NCBI GenBank assembly: GCA_905178155.1 | Contig: CAJINV010000013.1 | Span: 52,344-116,343, forward strand | Origin: Amoebophrya sp. A120 | Lineage: Eukaryota; Protista; Dinoflagellata | Direction of reading: 5' to 3' | DNA: 64,000 bases | Part shown: positions 62,161 through 64,000 of the stretch, one piece after another | How the letters are laid out: every line of letters starts with the position of its first letter | Position numbering within the stretch: position 1 is the first letter of the stretch | The notes under the pieces: model-generated | Seen by the model: only the letters and a program-made list of their open reading frames with translations | Databases searched by the model: none | Told to the model about the DNA's origin: nothing | Translations under genes and position numbers: made by a program

Positions 62161-62744
62161 ACTGTATATTGTATTTTCAATTTTTTAAGTAAAACTTTTC
62201 TTTTTTGTGTCAAAAGGATGAATGAAATGGTTCAGAATGAAAAAGGTCGGAAGGTTCGGCTGCGATTTATCTCACAATGAAGAAGTCGGTCAGAAACACA
62301 GACAGGCACCGCCGCTGCATTATCGGAAATGCGGAAGCGGAGGCCCTCTGCGAGATTGTACCACAATAAGCGCTGCGAGACATACAAGGCCAAGCGCGCC
62401 ATCCCCGAACTGAAACAAATCCGATTTCGTATCTTTACTCCTGTCTGGGTGCAATAAGTGTCTGCTTTATTTCGCAACTCATCCAGGAAAAATTCCTTGG
62501 AATAGAGACACGTACGCGGAGTGTTGCGCAGACGCCCCAGCAGCTGAGTCGCCAGGCGCCCCGCGCAGGGCTCGCACGCTCAGCTGATATCGCTTGATGT
62601 TGGGCTACCACCCCGTTGCCGGGATGTGTACACCCCTTAGCACTTGCTTGCGCATTTGATGTCATCAAGTGATGCTGCTCATTGTATGCTAAATCTTTTT
62701 CTATAGGTGAAAGCGTCGTCAAATGAATTATTTTGGTTGTTATA

Positions 62745-63562
62745 CAGGAATCTCAACGAGTGAATCTCAATACTATGCACGGCCTTATGCTAAAACACGA
62801 AGGAAATCTTGCGAAGTCTCTCATGTTAAAAGCGCGAATCCGTGTGGGGGCCCGACATTTCACCTATCAACTACCACGTTGTAGCCGATATGTCCCGAAG
62901 GACCGGGCTCCGAAGAGCGCTGGGGTAATTTGTCAGGGGCTGATCCGTCGCTTGGAATCAATGGGGGCGATCATCTCCTAGAGTGAATCAATGGGGGCGA
63001 TCTCATCCTAGTTCGAAAAAGAGGAAAGGGTCATGACCAACTTTTGGATAAACCTGTGACCGAGCTAGGGAAACATACAAAAACGCGCCCAAGGTGCCGA
63101 GTGAATCTCAACGGTTGCGCCTCAACGCTTTGAGACGCCTCAACGGATTCGCGATGAGCTCAACGACTGGTCTCAACGCTTTGCGCACAGAAGAACTGCG
63201 TGGCGTGAAGGTGCGCACCGAGCCCCCGCAGCAAACCTTTCAGAGGTCCTGGCAACACGAGTGCCGGCGAGCGGGTTCATAGATAGTTAGAAAAACGCGC
63301 GAAGGCCCCACGCATAGCGAGACACAGAGCACACAAGCCAAGGGGCCGCGCACAACGGGCCAGGCAACAAGAACGCAGGAAAGCGACAAGAGAATCGTCG
63401 GGCAGGGCAGCCGCCGCCGGCCGGCCGGCCGGCGGCGGCTGCCCTGCCCGACGACCCTAAACCCCCGAAACCCTAAACCACTGCTCATCGTTGAGATATA
63501 TTTCTCAACGTTGAGCTGTGAGGTCTCAACGTTGAGATCCACAAGCACCGTTGAGATCCCTG
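62745..63562. mobile_element. 818-bp non-autonomous TIR element with TA TSD (Tc1/mariner-type MITE)
   Basis: TA|CAGGAATCTCAACG ... CGTTGAGATCCCTG|TA (13/14 match). Many internal CTCAACG / CGTTGAG motifs. Telomere-like accctaaacccccgaaaccctaaacc at ~63454-63479. Confidence 0.85.
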
Positions 63563-63564
63563 TA

Positions 63565-64000
63565 ATAAAAAAAATAATAAAAGTAAAAAATAAATAAACA
63601 TCAAAATAAAAATAACAAAAAAAAAAAAAAATAAAAAATAAAAAAAAAAAAAAAAAAAAACTAAAAAAATGAAAATATACATATACGAAAACAAAAAAAT
63701 AATAGTAATAAAAAAACAGAATCAAAATAAAAAAAAGCAGTTAAAGATAAAAAAAAATTAAAATAAACAACACCAAAGCAAAAGATACTGTAAAAGAAAA
63801 AAAAAAAAAAAATAAAAAAAAAACAACACAAGATCTCGAAAAAATAGCAAAAACAAAGCCAAAAAAAAAAAACGAAAAAGCAACTAAAAAAAAAAAAACA
63901 AAAACAAAATAAAATAAAACACAAACACCCCACACAAACAAAATAATAATATAATAATAAAAATAAAAAAAAAAGAAACTAAAACTCACACACAAAAACT
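63565..64000. other. A-rich low-complexity tail, probably a read-end or basecalling artefact
   Basis: Abrupt switch to irregular poly-A runs with no periodicity. Confidence 0.8.

Noticed and set aside
63240-63995. Phe-rich 'membrane protein' ORFs, or a telomere
   Set aside because: They are translations of an irregular A-rich tail with no TTTAGGG periodicity; likely an artefact.

Overview
This is eukaryotic genomic DNA, most likely from an alveolate of the Syndiniales (Amoebophrya-like) type. That assignment is an inference from near-total minus-strand gene orientation, mixed GT-AG and non-canonical introns, CCCTAAA-like motifs and a DUF4116 expansion. From left to right the window holds: a ~22-bp satellite; a multi-exon Mps1/TTK-like kinase; a complete, recent Ty1/copia LTR retrotransposon (280-bp LTRs, 5-bp TSD, gag and pol in one frame split by a single UGA, tRNA-type PBS displaced 14 nt); duplicated coiled-coil gene units; a ~11-kb multi-exon gene with a signal-peptide-like start; five ubiquitin-like + DUF4116 paralogues joined to their last exons by non-canonical introns; and several non-autonomous TIR elements, two carrying telomere-like repeats. 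Near the right end is the most striking candidate: a gene with a circularly permuted OTU-like protease followed by a Gly-Gly motif and a His-rich C-terminal domain, resembling a self-processing polymorphic toxin. Its protease is split by a 260-bp IR/DR-bounded introner. The last ~440 bp are low-complexity and probably artefactual. All domain calls come from motif recognition by eye; no searches were run.
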